A stretch of DNA of 63,555 nt, filler included, from Reticulomyxa filosa (Eukaryota; Protista; Foraminifera), in NCBI GenBank assembly GCA_000512085.1. It is 17 parts of 17 records of this genome, joined end to end, with 100 filler letters (N's around TTAATTAATTAA, not from the genome) between each part and the next. Parts side by side here need not be neighbours in the genome. Positions count along the whole stretch, not along the records: positions 49,020 to 54,240 come from ASPP01015422.1; positions 54,341 to 55,534 come from ASPP01007721.1; positions 55,635 to 56,840 come from ASPP01027178.1; positions 56,941 to 59,577 come from ASPP01023444.1; positions 59,678 to 62,273 come from ASPP01045465.1; positions 62,374 to 63,555 come from ASPP01018393.1; 11 more parts are not named here. One strand, written 5' to 3'. Shown piece by piece: positions 50,663 through 63,555 of this stretch (its first letter is position 1; each line of letters starts with the position of its first letter). A program made the translations under genes and the position numbers. The notes beneath the pieces were generated by a model. That model was given only the letters and a program-made list of their open reading frames with translations, made no database searches and had not been told where the DNA came from.

Positions 50663-52464
50663 ATCAAATAACTCCGGCAGTTTGTAATTGATGTTTAATT
50701 GCTTGATATTGTAGTGTGCGCAATACGTTTTCAAGCTGACCACGGTCTATTTATTAAAAAAAACAAAAATATTCGATAAGTGTAAAAATAATGAGAAAAA
50801 AGTTTAACATACCAGTGGCACAAGTGACATGAAAGTGCAGAAGCCTTGATTCTTTTTCAGGTATGGGCATGCTTACGCTTGATTTTCTAGGGGTCGACAC
50901 AAACCTTCGTATTAATTCTTCCTTGCAAAAATTGATGGCATAATCTGGATTGTGAACCTCAGTAGTAGGACATTTTTCGTAGTACGTTGTGAATGATACT
51001 TCTTTTATTTTCTCTTGAAACAGATCTATTGTCAGCGTTTGGTTTGTGAAGCAGAGAAACAAATAAACATGTACAACACATACAAATATAACATAAATAT
51101 GTGAAATAAAAAAAATGAGAAAGCACACCAGCTTTATTCAAAAAAGTAATAAAACTAGTCTTTTGGAACTCTTTCAAACTAGCAAGATCGCCAAACAATT
51201 GAAACGACTCATCCCAGGAATTTCTGGTATTATCCTCAAATAATACTTCATCATAACCATTTAAAGACATTACATACAACACTGCATTGAGATCTGTAAA
51301 CAGGCGGATCCACCTTTTGTACAGAATATTTTTTAAAAAAAGAGAAAAAAAGTAGTTATTTTTAAAATCTCCTTAAGAAAAAAAAAAAGTAAAACGAGAG
51401 CAAACTTTCGTCTTTCACTTCGTTGACCACCGACGTCAGTGACTTTGATTACCCATTTTTGCTTTTCAAAAACTGATGGAAATGAGTCATGTAATATCCC
51501 TGTGGTTCGCTTGCGAACTCTTACCTTTGGTGATGCAAGCAAAAAAAAAAAAAAAAAAAAATGGTCGCTTGTGTCTACCCCTCTTCAATAAAGAGACAAG
51601 AAGGACGACAAATGAACAAAGTAGTTACATGGTCCTCAAAATCTGCACTGTAGTCAGGCGCCGAGATTGCCAGCACTCTATCCAAAAAAAAAGGGGTGCT
51701 TTCCATTATATGAGCTTTACTACGAATTTTCCAGGTCTTTTTCATTGCATTCTTTTTGGTTTTTTTTTTTTTTTTTTTTTGCAAGGTGTATTCGTACAAG
51801 TGCAATTTTTTTTTTTTTTTTATCTATCAAGTTAAAAAAAAAAATATACATATATATTGAAACTTGCTTCCAAATGTATTGGATGTTTTGAGCTAATTCT
51901 CTTGTTAACTCGATTTCATCATTGAATTTTCCGAACAGCAAAGCGAATCGGTCTCGAATTTCGAGACACTTTTCATCTTCAATCTCAAAGGCTTTGTCGT
52001 TTTTTACCAGCTCTTTATTCGCGGCGCACAAGTCGATGATGTCATCTAGCACTTGTTTCTTCACTGCCTTTGTGGTCAAACGCATCTCTTCCTTTGTTGT
52101 TTCGCCGTGATAATAGTTCTGCATTTGCCGAAATAATGTACCTTAAGATTAATAACCAATCCATTTATGGTCAAATTGTAATTATTTTTATTATAATTAT
52201 TGTTATTAATGTATCCCTTTTGGGACGAAAAAAACAAAAAAAATCTTTCAATGAAAAGTAAGAGATTGGGATGTGTTGGGATCAATAACTTTTCCCACAT
52301 CCTCCTGTGCCAAGAAGTAATAATGCCACCAATCGCTTTATTGATTTTCTCTCTCCGCTCATGTGGTCGTCAATGATCTCGTTTGCCTTGCGCTCCTTTG
52401 ATTCGGGATCATCTGTTTGTCTATCCTTTGATTCAGGTCTTTTTCCGAACCACCCAAAAGGCAT
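50663..52464 (-). CDS. Heterotrimeric G-protein alpha subunit (multi-exon)
   Basis: G1 LLLLGTGGCGKST, G2 VRKRTTG, G3 DVGGQRSERRKW, G4 FLNK, G5 HVTCATD; ends ...LQTAGVI*. Confidence 0.93.
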
Positions 52465-52625
52465 TATTTTGAGCTGTAAATAAGCAATAATGCTATCACA
52501 ACTTAAAAAAGGAATCAAATATTTATAGTTTATTTATTTATTTATTTTTTGTTAGGTCTGTGTTTTCGGGCCGTTGCTACAAAAGAACAAAAAAAAGCAC
52601 TTTTAAGTTGTGAAACTGATTGAAT

Positions 52626-54240
52626 TCAACATGAAAAAAATTGTAAAGTCACTTGTTGTTATTGATCAATTAAAAAATTTCGATGAAACAAACAAAACAA
52701 AAAGCAAAGAAACAAAATGGAAAACACAAATGGGTGAAACAACAAAGCACTGGTAAAAAAAAAAGAGACAGAGAAACTACATGCAATAGCAACGAGTATT
52801 GTACACAATATGCACATCCACCAACAATAAACCGAGCCAGAGGAGAAGAAATGATCTACAAAAAGGGGTAGCAAAGCCAGAGCCCATACCACGTTCAACG
52901 CCACGATATGTGGATGGTAGGGAAGAAGAGAAAGGGGGGGGAGGGGGTTTATAGATAAGTCTCAAACTATTTTTTGGTAAACATTGTCACGACATTTAAG
53001 CACCAGTGGACGGAACGTCTTGGGTGCGTCCGTCGATATTTGCATTGGATATTGGTTCAACGTCAGTTTGTCGATTGCCAACTGTCGTTTGAGTGTAACA
53101 TTGCAAATAGTAAATAAATATAAATATATAAATGAGTGTATACACACACATATATGCATATGATATGTATATATTGTATAAAAAATGACAATTCTAAACT
53201 TGACGTGCTTTTTGGTCGACTTTTAGAAGTTTCATTTGGCAAAGGTTTTTCTGTAATGTGATTTAGAAGGCCATTGGTTAGAAGTATATAAAAAAAAAAA
53301 AAAAAAAGTAAAGTATAATATGAATAAACAAAACTAGAATTACTCCAGCCTTGACTCGCTTTTTTGAATTCATTGATTTGATGCAATCTCTCTTGCGGAG
53401 AGACGGTGTTGGAATGAGCAGATTGAGTGGTTTTGGATATGGCTCTGGTTCTCGTGGTTTTGGTATGACTCTTGTCTTTGGACCGAGCGCTTTTGTGACG
53501 GGTGCCTTTGTTGTGATTGGAATTGGTGGTAGGCGACTCCAGCGGAATGCTTGTAGTCCGGTTTAGCGAGGGCGATTGGATGGTCTTGTGCATATCATTG
53601 TCATTGCCATTGTCGTGCTCGTCCATTGCATGTTCGTCCTCACTCATGTAATAATCCTTTGTCACATGCGGCCTCATCCGTTGCGTGGACGATACGCGTT
53701 TCGTCTGTATTTTTTGAGAACTCGTTCTTGAGCGCTGTTCCGATGTTTGCGTCTGTGGTTTGCTTCGCGTTTTCGTTTTCTTGCCCGATTGGGTTTCAAT
53801 GCTATTTAATACATTCTGTCTTCCATTGCTTGTTGTTATTGTTGCTGTCGTTGTCTCCGTCTTTTCCATTGCCTTTTCACTTTCCTTTTCCTTTTCCTTT
53901 TCTTTTTCGCTTTCCTTGTCTTTGTCTTTGTCTTTGTTTTTGTTCGCTTTGGTCGAGTCTTTGGCTCCTTCATTGTCCGACACGTAGGGAGATGTCGAAC
54001 GCAGCGGCTTGGCTCCACGCTTCTTTCGTTGCGTTTTCTTTCGTCCCTTTTCGTTTGCACCATTGTCATTTCCACTTTCTTTTTCTTTTTCTTTTTCTTT
54101 TTCTTTCTCCTTGTCTTTGTCTTTATTTTTGGTCTTCGAATCCAAATCAGAACTCTTGGCATTGTTTTCGTACTGACTTATTAATGCCGACACTTTACTC
54201 GGAGATTTCATCTTTATATACATACATATACATATATATG
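52626..54240 (-). CDS. Unknown protein: long Lys/Glu/Ser/Thr-rich disordered region, probable C-terminal TM hairpin (5' truncated)
   Basis: ORF 54223-53063 with (KE)n/(KD)n repeats. A downstream exon reads VALNVVWALALLPLF...WWMCILCTILVAIA. The exon linkage is inferred. Confidence 0.45.
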
Positions 54241-54340
54241 NNNNNNNNNNNNNNNNNNNNNNNNNNNNNNNNNNNNNNNNNNNNTTAATTAATTAANNNN
54301 NNNNNNNNNNNNNNNNNNNNNNNNNNNNNNNNNNNNNNNN

Positions 54341-54381
<41 letters not shown>

Positions 54382-55534
54382 GTTATTGCTATTATCATTA
54401 TTGTGTTACTGTTGCTATCATTAATATCGTTCTTGTTTTGAGTATTGAGAAACGCATCGGCCGAATTCCTACTTTCCAAACTCGTCGACAGCGTTGCGGT
54501 GGTATTGGTGACAGTTGTGTTGGTGTGATTATCGTTGACCATGGGCACAACCATTCTAGCATCCCCAGCGCTACTCTTCGTAGTGGCCGAGTGAGGCAGT
54601 CCCATCGTATGCATCGAGGAGTGCTGTCTGGAACGGATTTCCAGATTTGGCTCGTTGATGATATGGAAGCTGCGCAGTGTGGTTGGCTCCAGCGTCTTTC
54701 CATGCGGGGAAGACTCACTCATTTCAAACAGCGTCGCGTCGCTGGCATTGGACTCGTGCGGACTTTCGTCGTTTTCATTGGTCCAATGGTTGTCATCGTT
54801 CGTTGGACTGTCGTACATGGAGTTGCTTTGTGGCTGTTTCCGATTAATGTTGCTGTGATAACTCTTATTCGCTTCATGAGCTGTGCTCACGTTGATGCTC
54901 CCCAAATTCATCAACGGCACACCCGTCGAACCCATGGCCAAGTCCGCCACGGCGTCTGCACGCAGTTGTCCAAACGTTGTCCCACTCCTCCCGTTCTGGC
55001 TCAACATCAACAGTGAGTGTCGCTGCGCCGACGGCTCCATCAATGACGACATGCCGTTGGAAGGCGAGTCAAAGCCATTGCTATGCAAACGCGGTATTCC
55101 AATTTTTTTGTCATTTATCACAAACTGCTCACTTGGTGTCCCTTCTATGTTTTTTTTTGTGATATGTGTTCTTTTCTCGTCGTAATAATAAATACACCTA
55201 TTTTATTTATTCTTTTCGCACACAAAACTGGATGTCATGGTTGTTGTCCGAGTTCTTGCATTGGACAAGTTTTCGACAGTTTCGTCAAGGTCGTGAAGTA
55301 TCGCTGATTGCAAATCAACAACGGTCACCGACGACTCTTGCTCGGTACCTCCGGACGAGAGGTGTCCACTTGCAGGATGGGTGGGAGGGAAGACCGGTGC
55401 TATTCCAACATTGCCAGTAGGCAGTACACTAGAAGTAATACTTGCAGTAATTGGTATTATGGCGATGGCTATGTTGTTATTGTTATTATGATTATTACTG
55501 TTATTATTGTTATTATTGTTATTATTGTTATTAT
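54341..55534 (-). CDS. Fragment of low-complexity Ser/Asn/Thr-rich protein
   Basis: A 278-codon minus-strand ORF with exon-like GC content, flanked by (ATT)n runs. No recognisable domain. Confidence 0.45.
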
Positions 55535-56940
55535 NNNNNNNNNNNNNNNNNNNNNNNNNNNNNNNNNNNNNNNNNNNNTTAATTAATTAANNNNNNNNNN
55601 NNNNNNNNNNNNNNNNNNNNNNNNNNNNNNNNNNCTGTAAAAAAAAATTGTTGGAGGCAACGAACGAAAGAACTTGACCTGTTACTATCACTATTATTTT
55701 TTGCTGGGGATTCACTTTAGCACCAATGACAATATTAATAGCAACAACTTGTAATTCCATTTGCACACTTTTAAATATCTATTCAAAAATTCATACCACA
55801 TTATAAAAATGTTTATGTGAAATATGTACAAATACTTTTTCAGGTAATGGACACAATCACGATTACAGCGTCAGATAGCAGGAAAGAGTATAAGCGCACA
55901 GATTACCAATCAAATACCTTGAGTTCTGTATTGGAATGCGAGCGTTAATTTCAACGACAATACCTCCATCAAGTATGAACAATTGAACTAACTTAGGAAG
56001 ATATTATCACTGAAAGGCTCTTCCCCAAAAGCTACTATTTCTTTATTGGAGTCTTGTCAATGGCAGACCATCCCACTTTTTGAATTTGAGTGACCCTGTT
56101 TTTGGTATCCGAAAAATTCATCTGTATTCACAGTGATCACTTTTTTTTGAGATGAGAGTAGAGATGGGAGAGGAAAGAAGAGATAGGATAGATGGGCTCG
56201 GTTGCTGACATAAAATATTGCCCACGTATTCACTCAGCAGGGCCAACGCTACCAACACATTGGCAATACTCAAGTCCTTATTTTTATTGATCAAGTAATG
56301 GAGCGACTTTGCATTGATCCAATTATCGATTGGCACATGCGATCTTATTGTGTTTGTAATAAATGGCGCAACAATATTAGCCTCTTCAGCGCACACCAAC
56401 AGCAGCAACACCCAAATATCGGCGCACAATCTTTTTTCTTTTCTGTTTTCTCTTTTTCTTTTTTTTCATTTTTTAATGGTCGATTTTTTTTTGGATCAAA
56501 GCTCATGAATATATCGTAATTTAATCAAGGATTTAATATGAAGCATGTGTTTTTTTATATGCTTTGTGTATGATCATTTTTTTAGGCTTATTCATTATTT
56601 AATGCTTTAATTTTTTAACATCAGATAGAAGCATGTAGTTTTTTTTGAGTTTATGTTGTCCATTTTTAAATATTTTTTTTGCTTTCATTTGTTATATTAA
56701 ACGATTATTAAAATTTTTTTTATTTTAAAGATGCAGAAATAATAATTATTACTTTTTCAAGTATTCTACATTAAAATCTTGTCCAAGTTTTGATTTAGTG
56801 TGGAATATTGAATTATCAATGATTTTCTCTGAAAATATTTNNNNNNNNNNNNNNNNNNNNNNNNNNNNNNNNNNNNNNNNNNNNTTAATTAATTAANNNN
56901 NNNNNNNNNNNNNNNNNNNNNNNNNNNNNNNNNNNNNNNN

Positions 56941-59050
56941 TAAATAGTCCAACTATTTCATTCCAATCTTGCTCGCAACGATAATAAAGTTCTTTTGTAT
57001 CGAAAAACGATACAATAATTGATCGAACTGCAGTGTCCATAGTTGTAATATTTTCTACCGACGTGGAAATATCACCAATTTGCGTATCTGATGTGTATGT
57101 AACATTTGGAGCTACGTACAACATATCGCAAATACATGTGAATGCAATTGACACTAATATCTGATCAGCCAGATGATTGAATTATGCACGTTGATTGTCT
57201 GTAATGAATCAAGTTTCACCCCATCGACTTTGGATGCGTCTTTGAAAAGTTTAATGTTGTGCGATTGCAAACACATAATATTTCCATTGTCACTTGCGTT
57301 CGTTTCTGTGTATCATCCATAACAGTCCCATTGCCTTGATGAAATACATACCGTTACCTCATAGTGATTTATTGTGCTGACCCCTTCATTCACCTTTTCT
57401 CTGTAGGTATGGATAAGTCTTGTTCATTTGCGCAAATTGGTCCATGTTGATGCATCTCCTCTTTTCTTTTTTTTTTCTTCTTTCTCTCACTCCAAACCAA
57501 GTAAAGTGCTTCACAGCGAAATGATCTAGGTTCACATTGCTTTGATTGAACAACCACTGAACACATAACACAAAGAATAAATATACAAACCAAACTTCAA
57601 ATATAGCTTGTTTCTTCGCACCTGATCGACGTTTGCCATTTTTTTGTTTTTTCTGTGTTTGCTTTTTTTTTCCACAGCTCCCGGTGAAGATATCTTTTTT
57701 TTTCTTGGACTGTGTGGACTGATCTATAGACTTATCACTAAGCAATCCACTTTTGAGTCTTCATTGCGATATATCAAGATGAAATACGATTGATATAAAT
57801 TCACATTATCTTCTTCATCCTCGGTGGTGGTTTCTGATACGGCACATTTATAATTGTTGATATACTTGTCCAATGCCAGTTAATCAGCCTGTTTGTTGGA
57901 TGTTTTTTCACAATGCAATTATGTCCAACCTGTTTTTAAGTGATCCCTTTATTGCGCAATACATTTATCCGACAATAATATCAACGCGTTGGTAACCACA
58001 TTAATAATTTGGCTTAGCACGTCCAACGCTTGGATTATCCGTGGCAACAAAACTCGGGGACAATGCAATTCGAGCAGTACTATTGTTGGAGGAGATCAAG
58101 TGTCCATCAACAGTACCAATAGCTTCTGTTGACGAAGATAAAAGGCATTCAATGCTCCCAGCACATCACCTACATTTGCAAATAGAATACGTTATATATA
58201 TGTACATATATGATACCAATGTCGCTTGGACAAGTTGTGAATAATCTTTAAAGCTTTGACTTGGCTCGATGTTTCATTTGGACCAAAAACCTTTGGGCTG
58301 CTGTCTTGTTATTTCACATCTACAACTACATGAGAACGATAATACACATATTGGAGATTATTATTATTATAGTAGAAGGATGGTGAAGTCGAATAAAAAG
58401 TAAAGACATCACTCCAGTGAATTCTTGTCTCTAATTCACTTGAACTGATTCTATGTACGTACTTGATTTTTTTGTACATACCAACGACAGCAACGACAGC
58501 AATGACAATATCTCCTTTTTGATGGTGGCATTTTGAATGTGCGAAGCTGCTCTTGTCTTAATGCTTGGAGGATGTCCGCTTCGACATATTTACAAACTTG
58601 AACGTTGCCACCAAGACGCCGATATGGAAAATACGAGTAAACAATCCTTGATATTAGTTTGACCTGGCTGAAGATAATTTCCAAAGTACAGTCGACTAAT
58701 GCCTATGACGGGATTATGCTTGGTGTCAACGGTGATATTGACATCTATTCAATGCAAGCTTCACTCCATCCGATGGAAAATACACTCAATGATATCGATA
58801 AAAATCTCCACAACAATCGACCACATGCAATAATATCCATTGCTATAACCACACGATCATGTTCACTACCGGTACACTTATACTCGTTGTCGCAATGCAA
58901 CACAACATCAACGATATTCGACAAAAATAATATACTTGTTCGTGACATCCTCACTGATATCATCGCTGGAGGCATTGACCACAGATTATTCAAAATTTTC
59001 ATCCATAAAAATTTGTGTTGGCATGGCTGGAGCGACTGTTGACTTGACAT
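56941..59050 (-). pseudogene. Decayed coding region, weak resemblance to RRN3/TIF-IA
   Basis: Broken ORFs: HKFLWMKILNNLWSMPP...LFLSNIV, LISRIVYSYFPYRR...VCKYV and YQSYFILIYRN, with several in-frame stops. Confidence 0.3.
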
Positions 59051-60289
59051 GCTTTCAGTCTATGTAATGTTATGTTTTTAGATTATATTTTTTTAACAAA
59101 CAAAGATAAAAAGATATATTAATTAACTTTGCTTGTGGCTGCGCTGGATCCGGAACTGTTGGAGTAGTTTCTCCAATAAAATAAAATTTAAAAATAATTA
59201 TTTTTAATTTCTTATCTTTCTTTTTTTTCTTATTTCTCTTTGTTGTCCTTTTTTTTCATTTATTTTTCTTTTTCCAATTTTAAATTTATTCTTCATTTTT
59301 TCTTTTATTTTCTATTTTCTTTTTTTTCTTTTTATCTTTTTTTCTTTCCTTTTTTTTTCTTTATCTTTTTTTTTTTCATTAGTATTCCATTTTTTTTATC
59401 ATAATCTTCTTTTCCCCCCCTATTGTCAAATTTTTCTCCCCTTTATTATTCTATTTTTTCCCCCTACCCACTTACATCCACTTATTATTTAATTTTTAAA
59501 AAAAATATATATTGCACCGGAAATCTATAAACGCACAAACAAAATTTATTTTATAATTTTTAAATATTACACAAAAANNNNNNNNNNNNNNNNNNNNNNN
59601 NNNNNNNNNNNNNNNNNNNNNTTAATTAATTAANNNNNNNNNNNNNNNNNNNNNNNNNNNNNNNNNNNNNNNNNNNNCTTATGTATCCTCAATTTTGCTT
59701 TTCTATAATCATGATAATTATTATTTCACAAATAGGAAATTGATTTTAAGGATTCGACAAATTTAGTTTTATCTGGATCCTGAGTTTTATTTTCTCAATA
59801 AATCTATTTAAAAGAAAAATGCTCTTATGATCTTTGTACAAATTGTCATTACTGCGACTACATTCTCTCAAACACAGCAGTTATTCATAAGCTACTTTAA
59901 ATATCTACTTCAAATGTAATTCATAACATTACATCAACAATTGTACCACCCATAATCAAATTATATTATTTTGCAGCTCTAAAAACAAAAAATATAATGA
60001 AAATGTAATGCATATTTAATTGAACGCAATAAAAAAGCTAAAAATAAATATGTCAACTTTTGTATAGTAACATTCAAACAATAGAATTACTGTTTTATTT
60101 TTTTAACTGAATTTTTTTTAACGCAGTATTTTGTTCTTTTCATTTTCATCATATTTTGTCCTTTTTTAACTTTAATATAAAATGTTGAAATTTTATTAAA
60201 TTATCATAAATTATATTGTGTTAAAATGAATATAACATGCTCCAAAGCACCAAGACATAAAAAACTCACATCAAAAATAAATAAAATAA

Positions 60290-60890
60290 TTCCCAAACTC
60301 AAATTATGCCCTTATATTAGCCATGACACAATCATTATTTTTTGATTTTATAAATTTAATACATTTAATACCATTGTCTTTATTTTTACTTGTATTGATA
60401 TAATGCTCTTGATTATTCATTTTAGTACTCCAAAAACGAATTGTATGATCATATGACGAATAACATACAATATTCACAAAATGCGAATACTCAATATCAT
60501 AAGAAGTAGCTTTATGTCCAATGAATATGTTAATAATTTTACTAGTAACATACACTGAAATCACTTGATCCAATAATATAGTACTTTCTAATCCATTTAA
60601 TCAGTATTTTATGCTTTTGCGATGGTGCAATAGCAACACAGTTACATATATTGTAAAAGTACTTAATAATTTTGATGTTCCAAATCCCATAAACTAACAT
60701 GTTTGTCCGCAGATCCTAAATACAAATATTTACCATCATTAAATGATGAAAATTCAATGACATTAACTTTATCATCATGCTCTTTTAATATTTCGAATTC
60801 ATCTTGTGCATTCCAATCCAAAAAACGTATATACTTATCAAATGACGAATAGCAAATTACTTCTTTTTTATGATGATAATTAATCAAAAC
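60290..60890 (-). pseudogene. Decayed WD40-repeat gene
   Basis: EHDDKVNVIEFSSFNDGKYLYLGSADKHVSLWD and GHKATSYDIEYS..YSSYDHTIRFW lie in different frames, separated by stops. Confidence 0.75.
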
Positions 60891-62375
60891 AAGATTTTTT
60901 TCATTCTTTTTTTCATTGGATTCTATTTCGTCATATTTTATTTTTTTTAATATTTATATTGTAATTGATGCACCTGAAAATAATTGTTTTTGCATATTCT
61001 TTTATTGTTTCACTTTTTACCTTTGAGTTTGATTGTTAAATTTAAAATATTTAGCTATTGAAATAATTATAATTTTATTATAAACTATTCTTGAGTTTTT
61101 TTTTTTCATATTAATCAATTATAATTATATCATGACGCTTTATACATTATAGTCATTGTTAGAAAATAAAATTCAGTATCCATTTATTCGATTATTTTTT
61201 GAATCCTTAAAATCATTTCTATTTTATATAATACAATTAAATTTTTTCTTTATTATTTGCAGAAAACAAAATTTGAACATTCAATAATATAATTTTTGAA
61301 ATGCTTAAATTCTAATACCATAATTAGAAAAAAGTGAAATTATGAATATAAAGTTTAGCAAAATGAAAAACTTGTATTAAGTACTTTTTTTCTTAAGTTT
61401 TATGAATAATTAATTTCACTTTTATTAATCATATAAATTATGTAGAAAAATAATTTTAGTATTTTACAATTATACACTGTCAATTTAACTATTTTCTAAA
61501 TAGTATTAAAAGGAAACACTATGCATATATTATCTGAATCCTGAGTTTTTTCCGACAAAAAAAGTGTTTTCAAGGATCTGTATATAAGTTGTTATTACGA
61601 CTTATGATTTTTACAATTAAAATTATCAAATTATTTATGCGACAAATACTTATCCTAAAAATAGTTAAATGATATACATTTTAACATAGCAATAATCTGA
61701 TATTGTGTATTAAATTAAATTTTGTTCATATCAAACTGATTGAATAAATAAAAGCATACATAAATGAAATATACACTATTAATCAAAGAAAAAAAATCAA
61801 CAGCTATTTGCTCGAGTCTAATCTGTGTGTTTGCCAACCAAGTGTGTATGCAGTCTTTCTTTTGAACATTTCTTCTTATATTTTTTTATTGAATAAATAA
61901 TAGTTAACCATAACTTGGCTTTCGCTCTTGTCGTAAGACAGATTTATTACTTTCAAGCTTCATTATCATTCCTTTATTCAATGCACTTATAAGAAAAGCC
62001 TGCCTTTTCGCGCCTGTGGAATTACAACTCTTATATAACTTATGATACTGCTTTGAACCTTACAGTTCAATTTCATCTCACTAACAAACACCAAAAATTC
62101 GCTTTCAATCTTTGAGTATTGATTACATTTTTTCCAAGTTCTTTGTGATAATATAAGTAGTACAAATATAATTGACTGTTCACCACTTATTTATCAAAAG
62201 TGAAAATGTCTACTTCAAATTGTTTATCGATCTTATGTTAACAACTATCACTTATTTCAACCTTTGAATTTTGNNNNNNNNNNNNNNNNNNNNNNNNNNN
62301 NNNNNNNNNNNNNNNNNTTAATTAATTAANNNNNNNNNNNNNNNNNNNNNNNNNNNNNNNNNNNNNNNNNNNNAT

Positions 62376-63555
62376 CAGTTACTCCTTTCCTTATTAGTCT
62401 GCTGTTCCTGTGCATACCTGCCATTAACAGCGCAGCACTACGACGCATCAAAAGTGAAGCCTGCAGTCATGGCCCGTTATGAACAGGCTATTGACCTGCT
62501 CAAGGATGGCAGCATGCGTGAAGCTGTACTGGTATTACTGGAATGTATTGCAGCCGACAGTAATTTTCTCGATGCTACACTTTCACTCGCGGGTGCATTT
62601 GGAGAACTCAAACAATACCAGCGTTCTGTGATACTCTATGAAAAGGTTCGGCAGAAAGATCCGGCCTATTTTGGAATCTATCACCTGCCCTACTCGATCA
62701 ACCTTGCCGGACTCGGCCGATTTGAGGAGGCATTGGAAGCTGTGAGTATTTTCCTCGCTTTGCCCAACCTGAGTGAACGCAGCATCAAAAGTGCCGAATA
62801 CAGAAAAAAACCTATGCTTTTGCCGTTGCCTATGCACAAGCGCATAGTATGAGTAATTATAGTTTTAGTCCTGTTAACCTGGGCGATAGTGTGAATAGTG
62901 CCAGATCTGAATATTATCCTGCTGTAACCATTACCGACAGCCTCCTGGTATTTACCCGTAAAACCGGGGCCATGCGGGAGGATTTCATGCAAAGCACCCT
63001 TCAGGATACGATTTACAGAAAGGCCGAACTCATTGATGGTGATATTAATATCGAACCCAGAAAGGGCGCTATCACTGTGTCGCAGGATGGAGAATGGATG
63101 CTGTTTGCAGCGGATCTTTCCGGACAGGGCGAGGGAGGCTTCGACATCTATATTTCCTACCTCACCCCGGATGGCTGGAGTAGCCCGGAAAACCTTGGTC
63201 CCGGTGTAAATACCGATTTCTGGGAAACATCCCCTACCCTAAGTCCGGATAAACGCGTGATTTACTTCAGCAGTAACCGCCCCGGAGGATATGGCGGTAT
63301 AGACATTTATGCTTCCTACCGGCAACCTAATGGCAGATGGGGTAATGCCATCAATATGGGGCCACTTATTAATACCGCAGGTGATGAACAATCGCCTTTT
63401 ATACATGCCGATAACCAAACCCTCTTCTTCTCTTCAACCGGATTACCTGGTTATGGTAACCAGGATCTGTTTGTTGTAAGAAAAATGAAAAGGCGAATGG
63501 GCACACCCGAAAACCTTGGCTATCCCATAAATACAATCGAGAATGAAGGCAGTCT
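62376..63555 (+). CDS. Bacterial (Bacteroidetes-type) TPR + PD40 beta-propeller protein, OmpA/PorE-family N-terminal part; frameshift at A-run ~62803-62810
   Basis: Intronless and GC-balanced. Signal peptide ...LPLTA-Q, TPR helices, then PD40 repeats (PVNLGDSVNS..EYYP, PENLGPGVNTDFWETSPTLSPDKRVIYFSSNRPGGYGGIDIY, NMGPLINTAGDEQSPFIHADNQTLFFSS). Confidence 0.88.

Noticed and set aside
53351-55016. Plus-strand ORFs of 190-220 aa
   Set aside because: Antisense shadows of repetitive minus-strand coding regions. No domain evidence.
55635-56510. Minus-strand coding-like fragments on contig 14
   Set aside because: Broken frames and no identifiable family.
62803-62810. Programmed ribosomal frameshift at the A-run in the bacterial gene
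   Set aside because: Further homopolymer slips occur in the same gene and elsewhere, so sequencing error is more parsimonious.

Overview
This is not one continuous locus. It is 17 short contigs joined by artificial 100-bp spacers (44 N + TTAATTAATTAA + 44 N). Contigs 1-16 are AT-rich, intron-rich eukaryotic DNA with short GT-AG introns full of A/T homopolymers, low-complexity proteins and decayed WD40 copies. This is most consistent with a foraminiferan such as Reticulomyxa (inference, not verified). Recognisable genes: tandem CAP-Gly protein, DHRS7-like SDR, U-box/glycine-zipper protein, vacuolar-sorting-receptor-like protein with 61-aa Cys-rich repeats, TraB-like protein, voltage-sensor-like protein, two very divergent PIWI/Argonaute genes, VWA protein, SWSAP1-like protein, ARSK-like sulfatase, F-box protein, Sel1-repeat protein, low-complexity WW protein, ADP/ATP carrier, PP4R1-like protein, LTO1, NDR-type kinase, KA1-like kinase tail and G-protein alpha. 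Contig 17 is bacterial (Bacteroidetes-type TPR-PD40 gene), probably contaminant or associate DNA. The most notable signals are: one PIWI with a non-canonical D-E-D-K tetrad and one apparently slicer-dead PIWI; a pre-miRNA-like hairpin just downstream of the latter; two inverted-repeat (MITE/TIR-like) elements; and introns with poly(T) near the donor and poly(A) before the acceptor. Gene models were spliced by eye, so coordinates are approximate, and several single-base indels look like sequencing errors.
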